Source: Epiperipatus broadwayi (taxonomy: Eukaryota > Animalia > Onychophora). Taken from it: a DNA stretch of 64,000 nt. The translations under genes and the position numbers were made by a program. Location of the stretch: NCBI GenBank assembly GCA_028023455.1, contig JAQFVV010000001.1:19344001-19408000 (forward strand), in the 5' to 3' direction. Each line of letters starts with the position of its first letter. Within the stretch, counting starts at the first letter, position 1. The notes under the pieces were generated by a model. It did not search any database, was not told the DNA's origin, and worked only from the letters and a program-made list of their open reading frames with translations. Positions 14,789 to 26,996 of the stretch are shown here, piece by piece.

Positions 14789-14874
14789 TATCTATTGGAT
14801 ATATATAAACAATAATTAGAAGTTCAGTGCATATCTATTGGATATATATAAACAATAATTAGAAGTTCAGTGCA
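14789..14874. repeat. Perfect 43-bp tandem duplication
   Basis: TATCTATTGGATATATATAAACAATAATTAGAAGTTCAGTGCA x2. Confidence 0.95.
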
Positions 14875-15049
14875 TAAGCAATTTGATTATGGTTGGCAAA
14901 ATAAGTAAGACTTATTAATTGGATATATGTGTAATATAAAGTTCATTAGCTGTAGCTTAAGAAACATATTAAAAGCCACAAATCTTTTATAGATATGGTT
15001 CTTATAAAGAATGTTTGCTAAAGTAGGTAGACATCTTTATAGTTTATAG

Positions 15050-18000
15050 ATTTGAATGTTGGATCAATTAAGATACCTTTTACTTATTTGTTATCAAAAA
15101 ATATGTCTCACTACAATGTTCATTAGTTATGAATAATGCTAAATATTGACTGAATTTATGGAATTATAGCAGGAGGTTAGAGTCTGAACTAAGGTTTTAT
15201 GAGTGGCCATGTAGTGGCAAAAATGATCACATGCACAATCTTGCTGTCTCTAGTTCTTATCTACTCAAGCTTATTGGAGAAGGTAACTGGATAACATCTA
15301 GTGTTGTTACCAAGGCAAAAAGTAAATTGTGTACATCAAAATTCATAAAGACTAAATATAGCTGCATAAATGATAAGTGTGGGACCTCAATGGAATGTTT
15401 CAATGATGTTATTGAGCATAATTCTATCATTCATGTATGTTTTCAACATGATCTCTCTCATTGGTGCTAGAGTTGGACATCTTGTGGAGTAGATGTAACA
15501 GCATTTCCTTCTTGTGGTACAAGCTGCAAATAGGGCCAATGTTGGTTCATAGTCTGCAATATCAAAGAAATTGAGAGGTAGATAAAGGATAAAGATTGAG
15601 CTTCAACAGGAAGTCAAACTATTTGGGCCTCAATGATCATTTCTTAAATCAGTGAAGCAATTGTCTGTTGTTAACTAGGAGCACTGGGAAGAGGTTGTCA
15701 ACAGTTTGATTGGGGTATAACATGTTATATATATTTCAATAAGTAAATTTACTTGCATTAAGTGTAAACATTTGGTTGTGAATATCTTGGAAGTTGACTT
15801 ATGAGGAATGATAAAAATCCCTATACAGGAGGGGAGCAGTTTGTAGGTATTATGTAAGACCAATTCAAATTCTGGAAAGCATCTGTAATGGCTGCTAGAA
15901 GTTTTATGATGCTTTGAATATGGAATACCCAGATGGAATGAAAACTTAATCCATTCTGGGTTATGTGGAGACTTAGTTGTTTTTCAGAAATAGAGACCAT
16001 TTTTTTGCAACATAGACTCTTGCTGCACAGCAAGGAGATTAACAAAATATAGGTTTTAGTGAAATTAATGATTGTCAAAAAATAAGATATTTTCTAATTA
16101 GTAACTGGTGGAAAAGACACACTTTTGAGTATAATGAGAGATATGTTTTGGAGAAGAAAGAGGTTATTCACTCAGCATCATCTCTCAGCTAGTTTTGAAT
16201 TTTTTGACTCTTACTGTTAGTTCCCAAATAGAAAGGAAAGCCTAAAGAAAGCATTTGTGTGTGTTGGTTTACCTGTATAGAGAAACCAGAGGTTTTATTA
16301 ACATTAAATTTGAGCTTAAAGTCAGTAGTATAATTATTAAGGATTATTTGTAAGATAGGCAGTTGTTTTTAGAGGCAAAAAGCTAGGCATGATATGTATA
16401 GGCAAGTATGTGGGATTTGTATGCCTGGAAATTTTATTTGTATATTATTTATGAGGGGATTGACATACTTCATAAATAATAAGGCACTAAGTGATGATTC
16501 TTGTCATACTGATTGTCTGAGAACAAATGAAGGCAATGATCTTACCATTGAGAGCAATATGAATTTCCTGCCTTAGTTGTGAGTTGGTTAAAAGACACAA
16601 GAAGCTGTAATGTATTGCTGTGTTAGCAAGAGTTTGAATTACGATGTCAGCAGGACTGAATCAAATGCAGCTGAAATGTCAATTTGGACAGCCTTTGGAG
16701 TATAGCTTGAACTGAATTCAGTGTTGTTTTAAAAAAAAGTGCAGCTTGCCTGCAGAAGCAACTTTTTTTGAAAATTGCTCAGATGATATTAGTGGGAGGA
16801 GATATGGTTCTATTTTGTCTTTCAGAACCAAACCTTCTCAAGAATTTTGATTCCAATGGAACCCAAGGAAAAAGAATGTAAGTTAGAGGAATTGGATATT
16901 AGAGCTGGTTTTTTGTTGAATGGAACTAAAGAAATAAGATATAGTCCTTGTATGTTGTAGAGTTTTTGGGAGAGATAGTTTGCCAAGTCACATAGGTATG
17001 TATTGGTAAATTGATGTAAGTGTGAGAAAACAAATATAGATATCCCAGGATGCTGGGATGAAAAGTATCAGGTATAGTGACTATTTTGAGTGCAAAGTGA
17101 ATAGGTGACAAGAGGTATCAGATTCAGGTGTTCCAAAGACATTAGTAAGTGGTATAAGGGCACTATGTGCTTGTAATTTTTGTTTAAAGTGTTGGTATAT
17201 TGACTCTATCATATTATACTAAGCACAGAACACTCCATAACCTCCAGTGCTAATGAAACCCCTACAGTACATGGGTAGCCATCAAATGTACCCTCTAGTA
17301 CAAGTGTGTTGCTATGTTCTGCATATTTTCTTTTTTGGGGTGTCCAGATATACTTTCAAGGTGTTTCAAGCATTATTATATGATTCAGTGAGTTTCTTGA
17401 GGTATATGCACATGTAAAAAGCAGATCAACAAATTGTAATTCTCTTGTGCATCTCATTAGCTAAGGCTAACAGCTTAGAAGGTGTTGAGGTAGAACACAT
17501 GATATGATTGTTATTAAGTGATAATATGTGTATAATTAAAATATAATGCACTGGATCGAGAGGCATGTTTTTAAGTTTAAAAAACATGATGTACATTTCC
17601 AAATATAAAAATTCAGTGGTTTAGGGAGGGAGAATACTCATTGTTTTGTGTAAGTAAATTAATGATGTGTACATGTCAATGACATTATGCATAAGCATTT
17701 AAGCAGAGTGATCAGAGAATAGAGAATGGTGAAAGGTTAGTTTGATTTGATGATGATACATAGGAGAGTGAAAACATAAATTTATGAGGGAGGCATGATG
17801 ATTGTTGTAAGAAATAATGCAACTTGATGTAAATATTTTTTGACAAAGACATGATAGTTCACATTAAAATCCCCTAGTAAAATGACCAGATGGGGAGATG
17901 ATCAAAGCAGTGAGTTGATATTAAATATTACCCTTTGATTACTTACTGTAGGATCAAGTGGTATGTAGATGAATATTATAGTAATAATAATAATACTGTG

Positions 18001-19060
18001 ATGGGAAAATGTGGCAATAAGCAAATTTTCATTTATGTATATTGTTCTAAATTATGAAAAAGAAAACTTTCAAGTTATGATTAATCTGGTGCAAACTGAT
18101 GGTGATGATGATTATCTTGGTCAGGCAAAGGGGTCAATCTGAGACCACTATTTCTTTTCATCTCTAGAAGACCAATTATATGTGACTGAGTGTTCCTATT
18201 TTTAACTGCATGTTAGATTATGTATGAGGGAAATGCTTATTATGGGTAGTTATGGTTTGAGTAATAGATTTGATAGCTATTAGTAATTAGCTAGTGTTTA
18301 AGTCTTATTATAACTTAGAGCTGTTTTCTAAGGCTGTTAAATTTAAATTCATTTCAATAGTATTACTTTCAGCATACACAGGATGTTGTGTGTCTTCTTG
18401 CATAGTAGCATTTCTAGAAAATACCTCAGAGTTTGAACATGGTTCATTATTCAAAAGATTGATCAATGAGTGTATGTAGTTGAGCTCAGGATTAGTGAGA
18501 TCTATGAGTATTGCATAGTTTTGGGAGACTCTTCTTGGGCTATCATTGTGTTTGATTATTTTATGACTAGGTTTTCTTTTAATATGACTCTTTGAGAGAC
18601 TGCTTTCAATAGGTGGAAGGCATGATATCAGAAAGTCCATAGTGTTGGTGAATGTCTAGTTTACTATAAAAAGAATATCTTGAAGGCTGTTAATTGCTTT
18701 ATTGTTTGGTGCAGCTGTCTGGGGTTTTTCAAGTGCTCCAATTGGCTCTTTCTTTATACAATATTTATCTATTGAAATGGGTTTCTGGTAGAAGTTGTGA
18801 TCTACAATTTGGATGTTGGTCATAGTAGTTTAACCTGTGGAGAGATTTATTAGTTGAACATCTTTACTTGCAGAGAAGCTTTTGTGAGATGTAACAGGTT
18901 GAGGATAATCATGTATTTGTACATGTGCACTGTGTGCAGTGTTATCAATGGTAGGTTCATTTTCATTATGGATACATAGAGATGTGTGACCACAATGAAT
19001 AGTAGTACAATTGGTGCTTATATAATCAAGATGACCACAGAAGAAGCATTGTTGGTTTTT
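15050..19060 (-). mobile_element. Decayed Tx1/L1-type LINE (copy 2), 5'-truncated in ORF1
   Basis: Collinear nucleotide similarity to copy 1: zinc-finger region ~15470-15555, DISAAFDSV ~16650-16680, ILEK..PYQ region ~16790-16850, APE start MNLNLTA ~18330-18350. Many stops and TG/CA decay. Confidence 0.7.
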
Positions 19061-19069
19061 GTCTCAATC

Positions 19070-19152
<83 letters not shown>

Positions 19153-19164
19153 TTTGTCTCAATC

Positions 19165-19223
<59 letters not shown>

Positions 19224-19230
19224 TTGTCTC

Positions 19231-19283
<53 letters not shown>
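19056..19283. repeat. Compound repeat TTTGTCTCAAT(C)(AAT)n x3
   Basis: TTGTCTC anchor at ~19059, ~19154 and ~19224, each followed by an (AAT)n run. Confidence 0.9.
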
Positions 19284-19284
<1 letters not shown>

Positions 19285-19449
19285 TTTTCTTCTTTTTTTC
19301 TTTTTCTCCTTCTCCTCCTCCTTCTTCAAAGGAACTCTATTAAAACCAAAACAAGTGTACATAATTTATTTTGGCACACATTTGTTTACATAGATGATTG
19401 TTTTATTCATATGCATTATTTTAATGTATAGTAATATAAATGTCAGAGG

Positions 19450-21270
19450 GAGATTTACATTTCTGAATGGGACCAAAGCATTGGATTATTAGGGACATTG
19501 AAATAATGTAATTACATATACTTAAACTAGAGTGTACATGACCAAAAATTAAATTAATTTGTGTACAAATTTACAAGTCTTTATTGAGGCTTGTAAATAT
19601 ATACCTACAAAGATTTTAGGTTTTTACATTTATGTCTTATGGATATTAAAATTGCATTTCTATCAAAGCTTTATTTCTTAACAATGCAATTTCAAAGTTC
19701 TTTTGATTGGTGTAGAGGATTGTATGGCTGTTAGTAAGTACATGGTTGTGGAGGGTATTGTTGAGAGTTTTTTTGGTTATGGTAGCATTAGCTAGTTGGC
19801 TGGTGATATGTTAATTCATTAGATTCATTTGTTTTTTTGAAATTGAAACAATCTTTTTTTTACCCACAGAAACTTTCTACACAATGAGTTTACTTTACTA
19901 GTAAAAGATTTAGTGTATAGTATTATTGGAGAATAGTATGTGATTCAAGTCATAATTAATATATTAAACAGGGATACTTTTGAGTACAATGATAGGTAAG
20001 ATTTTGAAAGTGAATCAATTATATTTTTAATTTTATTTTTAATTTTGTTTTGTATTTGTCGATGCATTTCTAGGTTGCTCAAATAGAAAGGGAATCTCAC
20101 AAAAGAGCAAGGTTTTTCTTTAAAATGTTGTGTGTGAAATTGTCCTGTTTATATTGACCATGCAGAAGATTTATCCATGTTAAACTCCAGCTTGTATTTG
20201 TTAGTGTATAAATAAAAAAATTTAAATAGAGTTGGGATTTGGTTTTTAGAAGTTAAAAAAATCAAGACATTATCCAGTTAGGTAATGCGAGAGATGTTTA
20301 CTTTCAGACCAGGTATGTATATGCCTGATAATTCTTTTTCTATCATATTCAGTAAGAGATTAATATAGAAAGTAAAAAAGAGCACTTAGTGGTGAACCTT
20401 ATCGAATTGAACAGTAAGGTACAAAAGAGAGTGAATTCTTGCTATAAAGTGTAATATGTATTTCTCAACTTAATAGAAAATTAGTGATTAAATATATTAA
20501 GGATCTTGGTATTTTTGTGTCTGCTAATGCTTCAACAAGGACAATCTTGAGAAATTACTATTCCAGTTCCATAGATGGAGAGGATGAATCTCTGGAACAT
20601 GCAGAGAAGCCCTGGCCCCTCAGGTAGGTAGCTGGATTTATTGCTGAGCCTGTATATATATATATATTTGTTTCTAATAATCCTGTTGTATGTGCTCTGA
20701 TTTGATTTATCAAATTTCTGACTTTGAAATTTTTATTGATTGCATTAAGTCCTCTGACATTTAAAACAGCAATTTTAAGTTTCATTAATATTTTTTTTTT
20801 TTTTTTGAGTTTAGGAACTCATGTCTTCCTACTTTTCTTCCTCGATTTCCACTGCATCTTGAAACACCAAGCCACTCTCTTCATCCACTGCTACAGCCCA
20901 ATTATATATTTCCTGCTCACTGTGAGAATTCTCTTATTCAATTCTCACCTTTTTATATCTTCTATCTTGTTTTGGTGGATGCCCTGGTTTGCACCTATAT
21001 TCAGGGTTCATTTCTATTTGAGTAGGCAGATCCAGAGTAATAGCCTCCATCAGTTCAGCAGATGTTTTATTAATAATTGTTGGGCATAGTATGACTTTGG
21101 TTGAAATTTTGCATCTTCTATCTACATGAATCACATCTTCAGTTTCAGTTTCAAGTGCCATTATTTAAGTGTAATCTTTATTTCCACTCTTTGACTGATT
21201 TTCACATTTCATATGGCTTACCTTTCCTGCAATTCACTTATCCTCTTTTTCATTGTTTAATCTCTCTTGC
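19450..21270 (-). mobile_element. Decayed Tx1/L1-type LINE (copy 3) with a large internal deletion
   Basis: ORF 20558-20785 MKLKIAVLNVRGLNAINK..GLLETN..GFSACSRDSSSP is homologous to the copy 1 APE N-terminus. It is followed directly by the RT region after AFDSV (GSPLSAL at ~20380-20405). Confidence 0.75.
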
Positions 21271-21278
21271 TTATAGAG

Positions 21279-21512
<234 letters not shown>

Positions 21513-22050
21513 ATCATCATTATTGTTGTTGTTGTTGTTTCCATGCTAATCAATTGTCACATTTGCTATTGTGCTGATGCAGTCCATTCAAATTATTGCT
21601 CATTATTTTATTATGACCAAAATATTTTTTTTGTAGATCACAGATCATGGCAGATGAGATTCAGCCAAAATATTGGGGTTATACTACTAAACAACTATAT
21701 AGAATAATGAATCCAAAAACAGTATTTATATAAGAGAACCTTCTTGGTGTGAATTCTTCAAGAACTGAATGTAGAATAATGTTTATAGTTAAAGAATTGT
21801 TAGTGCTTAACATTGTTAGAATTGCTCTTAGTAAAATTCCCAGTGCAACTATTTAATTAAACAGATAGATGGTTGTAAGATTATTTTTTTTTGGAAGAGA
21901 AGAATATTGTGTAAAAAATCTTCATGATGTTAGATTTACTTTGAGGTCTAAATGATGTTCTTTATTCTATGAATTCCTAGATAAATCAAATGGAAAACAA
22001 ATATTACTAAAATTGCTTTATATATTAATATCTTTGCTCACTATATTAGT

Positions 22051-22248
22051 ATTGAGATTTCAATAGTGGATTCAGAAAGTTGTTTTTAAACAGTGTTATT
22101 ATGTCAAGAATAATAAAAGACTACTACTTTTCTTGGTAGAAACTATATGATTGAGATTTCAATAGTGGATGCAGAAAGTTGTTTTTAAACAGTGTTATTA
22201 TGTCAAGAATAATAAAAGACTACTACTTTTCTTGGTAGAAACTATATG
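22051..22248. repeat. 99-bp tandem duplication (1 mismatch)
   Basis: ATTGAGATTTCAATAGTGG...GAAACTATATG at 22051-22149 and 22150-22248. Confidence 0.95.
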
Positions 22249-22639
22249 ATTAGAAATAATCTCATTCCTCTGTAAACTTAAAAAAATATGTTGACTATGA
22301 ATTTTTCTTAACATATGATCTAACTATTACAAATGCTTTATTTAAACAGAAGAACATTATAAAAAAACGTGGATGCATATACAAAGGCTGCCACATGTGG
22401 GCATGCAGTTTGTGTCCTGAACAAGGGCATTTCATCACAGAAGGCACATGTCACCATGCTAATTAATAAAAAATTATAAGTAAACAAAAATGTATACATC
22501 TTTTAATCACTCCATTATTAAAAACATTTTTTGAATATAAATAATTTTTATTTAAATATGAGAACTATGTTTTTACTTAAAAAAGGCTAATGTCTTTAAT
22601 TCTCAGTATTTTTGTAAGAAGTTTGAGCACCAGACATGC

Positions 22640-22710
22640 AAGTATCAGAATCAATCCTGGGACCTTCTAATTTTAAATCAGACACTCTGTCATTGCACCA
22701 AACCATCCAG
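22640..22710 (-). mobile_element. tRNA-derived SINE head relic
   Basis: Minus strand TGGTGCAATGACAGAGTGTCTGATTTAAAATTAGAAGGTCCCAGGATTGATTCTG: decayed A box and B box at tRNA-like spacing. Confidence 0.45.
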
Positions 22711-22946
22711 GGAAATTGCTTAAAATATATATATATATATATATTTACATATTATACATTCTACCAATGTGTTAAACCAAATGCTGCATATTGGTATTTT
22801 AGAGTGAACATTCACATAAAGTTATGCTATTGCTATAAAAAGTGTTGCAATAATCAATTCTTTTCAAAGAAATAACTTTTGTTTAAATACCACAATTTAT
22901 ATAAAAAATTGCACATAACTATTAATAATTTATTTAAAAGTGAACT

Positions 22947-22982
<36 letters not shown>

Positions 22983-22985
<3 letters not shown>

Positions 22986-24772
22986 AATTCTAATATTTTC
23001 ACGGATAAAAGATGTCATATTATTATTACTATTTTCGGGATATTCCATGTAGTGAAAAAGCTAAATGCTGACATTTCAGTACAATATCAAGTACCTTCCT
23101 CAGAGCATCCTCTTTCTCAAATCATAAGAATGCATGTGAGATTTAAAATCGTTTTTATCGTTTTCTTTCTCCTCATATTTAAATTCTATTGCTTGAGAAG
23201 TTTCAAAATTTATTTTCTCTTCCAATAGCTTCTTCCAAATGTTGTTAATCTTCTTTAATTCACACCTTTCTTATATGCTCTTGGGCCTTTTAAAAATCGC
23301 TATAGCTTCTCTTAGCAATCTCTGGTCATATTGTTCAATTTTTGCTAAAATATTTGTTTTTTCAAAATTGATATCATGATTTGTTAATTTTATATGAGAA
23401 TAAATAGCTGATGAATTGGATTTTTCTCTCACTGCCAGAATGTGTTACTTTCTAATATTTCTTCTATGATTAGTCTGTCCTATATATGTATGTGGGCAGA
23501 CCCTACATGGAATTTCATATACACTATGACACTCCAAAGCAAGTTTGTCTTTAGGAAGTGGAAATATTTCACTAATTTTTTTATAAGTAGTGTAAATTGT
23601 GTGAATATTATTATTCTTTAAAATGTTACCAATTCTATCAGTTACTCCTTTTATATATGACAAAATTGTCTTAATTTTTGATGTATCAAAATCTTTTTTC
23701 TTTTGATATGTATAAGCCCTATTAATAATGTTGTAATTAAAACCATTATGAAGAAGCATTTTATTAGTAGCAAAAAGGTCTCGGTGAAAATGGCTATCAT
23801 CAGAAAGTCTCTTTGTTCTATCCAGAAAGTCTCTTTGTTCTATCCAATAATGTCTTTGCCACTGAAAATAGTTGTGCAGGATGGTGATGAGAGGAAAAAT
23901 GCAGATATCTCCCAGTGTGTGTTGGTTTTTATATTTACCATGAGATAAAGAACCATCTTCTCTTCTTTCAATCAAAACATCTAAAAAAGGTAATTGATTA
24001 TTATTTTCTATTTCCATGGTAAATTTAACATTGTTGTGAAGAGAGTTTAAAAAATTAAAAAAGTCATCAAGAGCATGCTTACCATGAGGCCAAATAACAA
24101 AGGTATGATCAACATACCACAGCCATATAGATGGTTTTTTAACTGCTAAAGTCAAAATTTTATTTTCCAAATCCTCCATAAAAATAGAAGCCAATGCTGG
24201 AGAAATTGGTGAACCCATAGCTAGACCTGATGTTTGTTTATACATCTGCCCATCAAAAACAAAAAATGTATTCGATAAGCAGTAGTCAACCAAAACCACA
24301 GCAAAATTAGGCAACTGAATATTTTTTTAAAACTTGAATCGCTTCATTTACAGGTACACTAGTAAAAAGTGAAACAATGTCAAAACTTACCAAAATATCA
24401 TTCTTAGTCAATTTAATATCCCGGATAAGTTCAAGAAAATGATTAGCATCTTTAACATATGATGATATCGTTGTTAAATGCGGCTGTAGAAAAGAAGTCA
24501 AAAAACGAGCTAGTGTCTGTTTAGGTGAACCAACTGCACTTACAATCGGTCTCAATGGAATATCTGGCTTGTGAACTTTTGGTAAACCATATAAATTTTG
24601 GATAAAAAGAAGATTTTTCCCTCGGAGTAAGCTGTATCTTTGTTTCTCAATCTAGATCAGTAGAATAAATTAATGTTTTCGTTTTCTTTTCAAGATAAGT
24701 CATAGGATCTCTATAATTTTTTTTATAAATATTATCATTTAATAAATCATGTATTTTTTTTAAATAATCAGC
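22983..24772 (-). mobile_element. Penelope-like element, minus arm (5'-truncated)
   Basis: Inverted copy of 25093-26828. ORFs 24307-24555 and 23445-24314 carry RPIVS, LVSFDIVSLFT, GLAMGSP, YVDHT and VYEIPC..YIGQT. The outer end abuts (TA)n at 22946-22982. Confidence 0.95.
23064..23109 (-). ncRNA. Minimal type I hammerhead ribozyme (PLE 3' region)
   Basis: GAUGCU-CUGAGGA-A-GGUAC(UUGAUAUU)GUACU-GAAA-UGUC^AGCAUU: conserved core, stem II, stem I GAUGCU/AGCAUU, GUC cleavage triplet. Confidence 0.8.
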
Positions 24773-26600
24773 ACGCTGTAAAGAATTTATCTGATAGAAA
24801 ATTATCAGACTTTGAACTAAAAGTTTTAAATAAAGGTTTTAATTTTGCAATAACACCAACAAAATTACCTTTTGAGGATATTATTTGCAGAGTGGAAAGT
24901 AGTTTATCAAAAATACCTTGCGGGGATGCAGATATAGTGAGGGGGAAAATATACGATATTTTAAATAAAGCAAAACCACCTAAAACTAATTTATCAATTA
25001 ATGAAAGAAGAGCTTTGTTTGCTTTAAAAAATGACAAATCTATTACTATTCTTCCGGCAGATAAGGGTAATACTACAGTAATTTTAAATAAGGCTGATTA
25101 TTTTAAAAAAATACATGATTTATTAAATGATAATATTTATAAAAAAATTTATAGAGATCCTATGACTTATCTTGAAAAGAAAACGAAAGCATTAATTTAT
25201 TCTACTGATCTAGATTTAGAAACAAAGATACAGCTTACTCCGAGGAAAAATCTTTTTATCCAAAATTATATGGTTTACCAAAAGTTCACAAGCCAGATAT
25301 TCCATTGAGACCGATTGTAAGTGCAATTGGTTCACCTACACAGACACTAGCTCGTTTTTTGACTTCTTTTCTACAGCCGCATTTAACAACGATGTCATCA
25401 TATGTTAAAGATGCTAATAATTTTCTTGAACTTATCCGGGATATTAAATTGACTAGGAATGATAGTTTGGTAAGTTTTGACATTGTTTCACTTTTTACTA
25501 GTGTACCTGTAAATGAAGCGATTCAAGTTTTTAAAAATATTGAGTTGCCTAATTTTGCTGCGGTTTTGATTGAACACTGCTTATCGAATACATTTTTTTG
25601 TTTTTGATGGGCAGATGTATAAACAAACATCAGGTCTAGCTATGAGTTCACCAATTTCTCCAGCATTGGCTTCTATTTTTATGGAGAATTTGGAAAATAA
25701 AATTTTGACTTTAGCAGTTAAAAAACCATCTATATGACTGAGGTATGTTGATCATACCTTTGTTATTTGGCCTCATTGTAAGCATGCTCTTGATGACTTT
25801 TTTAATTTTTTAAACTCTCTTCACAACAATATTAAATTTACCATGGAAATAGAAAATAACAATCAATTACCTTTTTTAGATGTTTTGATTGAAAGAAGAG
25901 AAGATGGTTCTTTATCCCATGGTATATATAAAAAACCAACACACACTGGGAGATATCTGCATTTTTCTTCTCATCACCATCCTGCACAACTATTTTCAGT
26001 GGCAAAGACATTATTTGATAGAACAAAGAGACTTTCTGATGATAGCCATTTTCACCAGACCTTTTTTTGCTACTAATAAAATTCTTCTTCATAATGGTTT
26101 TAATTACAACATTATTAATAGGGCTTATACATATCAAAAGAAAAAAGATTTTGATACATCAAAAATTAAGACAATTTTGCCATATATAAAAGGAGTAACT
26201 GATAGAATTGGTAACATTTTAAAGAATAATAATATTCACACAATTTACACTACTTATAAAAGAATTAGTAAAATATTTCCACTTCCTAAAGATAAAATTG
26301 TTTTGGAGTGTCATGGTGTATATGAAATTCCATGTAGGGTCTGTCCACATACATATATAGGCCAGACTAATCGTAAAATAAATATTAGAAAGGAAGAACA
26401 CATTCTGGCAGTGAGAGAAAAATCCAATTCATCAGCTATTTATTCTCATATAAAATTAACAAATCATGATATCAATTTTGAAAAAACAAATATTTTAGCA
26501 AAAATTGTAACAATATGACCAGAGATAGCTAAGAGAAACTATAGAGATTTTTAAAAGGCCCAAGAGCATAAATGAAAGGTGTGAGTTAAAGAAGATTAAC
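24773..26600 (+). pseudogene. PLE reverse transcriptase / GIY-YIG endonuclease ORF, frameshifted
   Basis: ORF pieces 24892-25308, 25305-25607, 25843-26076 and 25889-26518. The catalytic motif reads YVDH (25744-25755). Confidence 0.92.
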
Positions 26601-26734
26601 AACATTTGGAAGAAGCTATTGGAAGAGAAAATAAATTTTAAAACTTCTCAACCAATAGAATTTAAATATGAGGAGAAAGAAAACGATAAAAACGATTTTA
26701 AATCTCACATGCATTCTTATGATTTGAGAAAGAG

Positions 26735-26780
26735 GACGCTCTGAGGAAGGTACTTGATATTGTACTGAAACATCAGCATT
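26735..26780 (+). ncRNA. Minimal type I hammerhead ribozyme (PLE 3' region)
   Basis: GACGCU-CUGAGGA-A-GGUAC(UUGAUAUU)GUACU-GAAA-CAUC^AGCAUU. The differences from the minus-arm copy are reciprocal CpG decays of a GAAACGUC consensus. Confidence 0.8.
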
Positions 26781-26933
26781 TAGCTTTTTCACTACACAGA
26801 ATATCCCGAAAATAGTAATAATAATATGATATATATATATATAATTATGGCAATTCTGAAGTATGTCAGACAACTGTCATATGATATTTAATTGCATTTA
26901 TTACTCATATTTTATAACAACCTGAATATTGAA

Positions 26934-26996
26934 TATGGTGTAATGTGGCAGTAAAGTATGAGATTATAGAATATTGGATTCTGGGATCAATCCAAG
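26934..26996 (+). mobile_element. tRNA-derived SINE head relic
   Basis: TGGTGTAATG (A-box-like) ... TCTGGGATCAATCC (B-box-like) at tRNA-like spacing; decayed. Confidence 0.35.

Larger units (their letters stand above)
24773..26828 (+). mobile_element. Penelope-like element, plus arm (RT + GIY-YIG; Penelope/Poseidon-type architecture)
   Basis: AVKNLS..LNKGFNF N-terminus, PADKGN, RPIVS, SFDIVSLFTSVP, LPFLDVLI, YKKPTHTGRYLHFSSHHP, LPYIKGVTDRI and GVYEIPCRVC..YIGQT. The outer end abuts (TA)n at 26828-26842. Confidence 0.96.
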
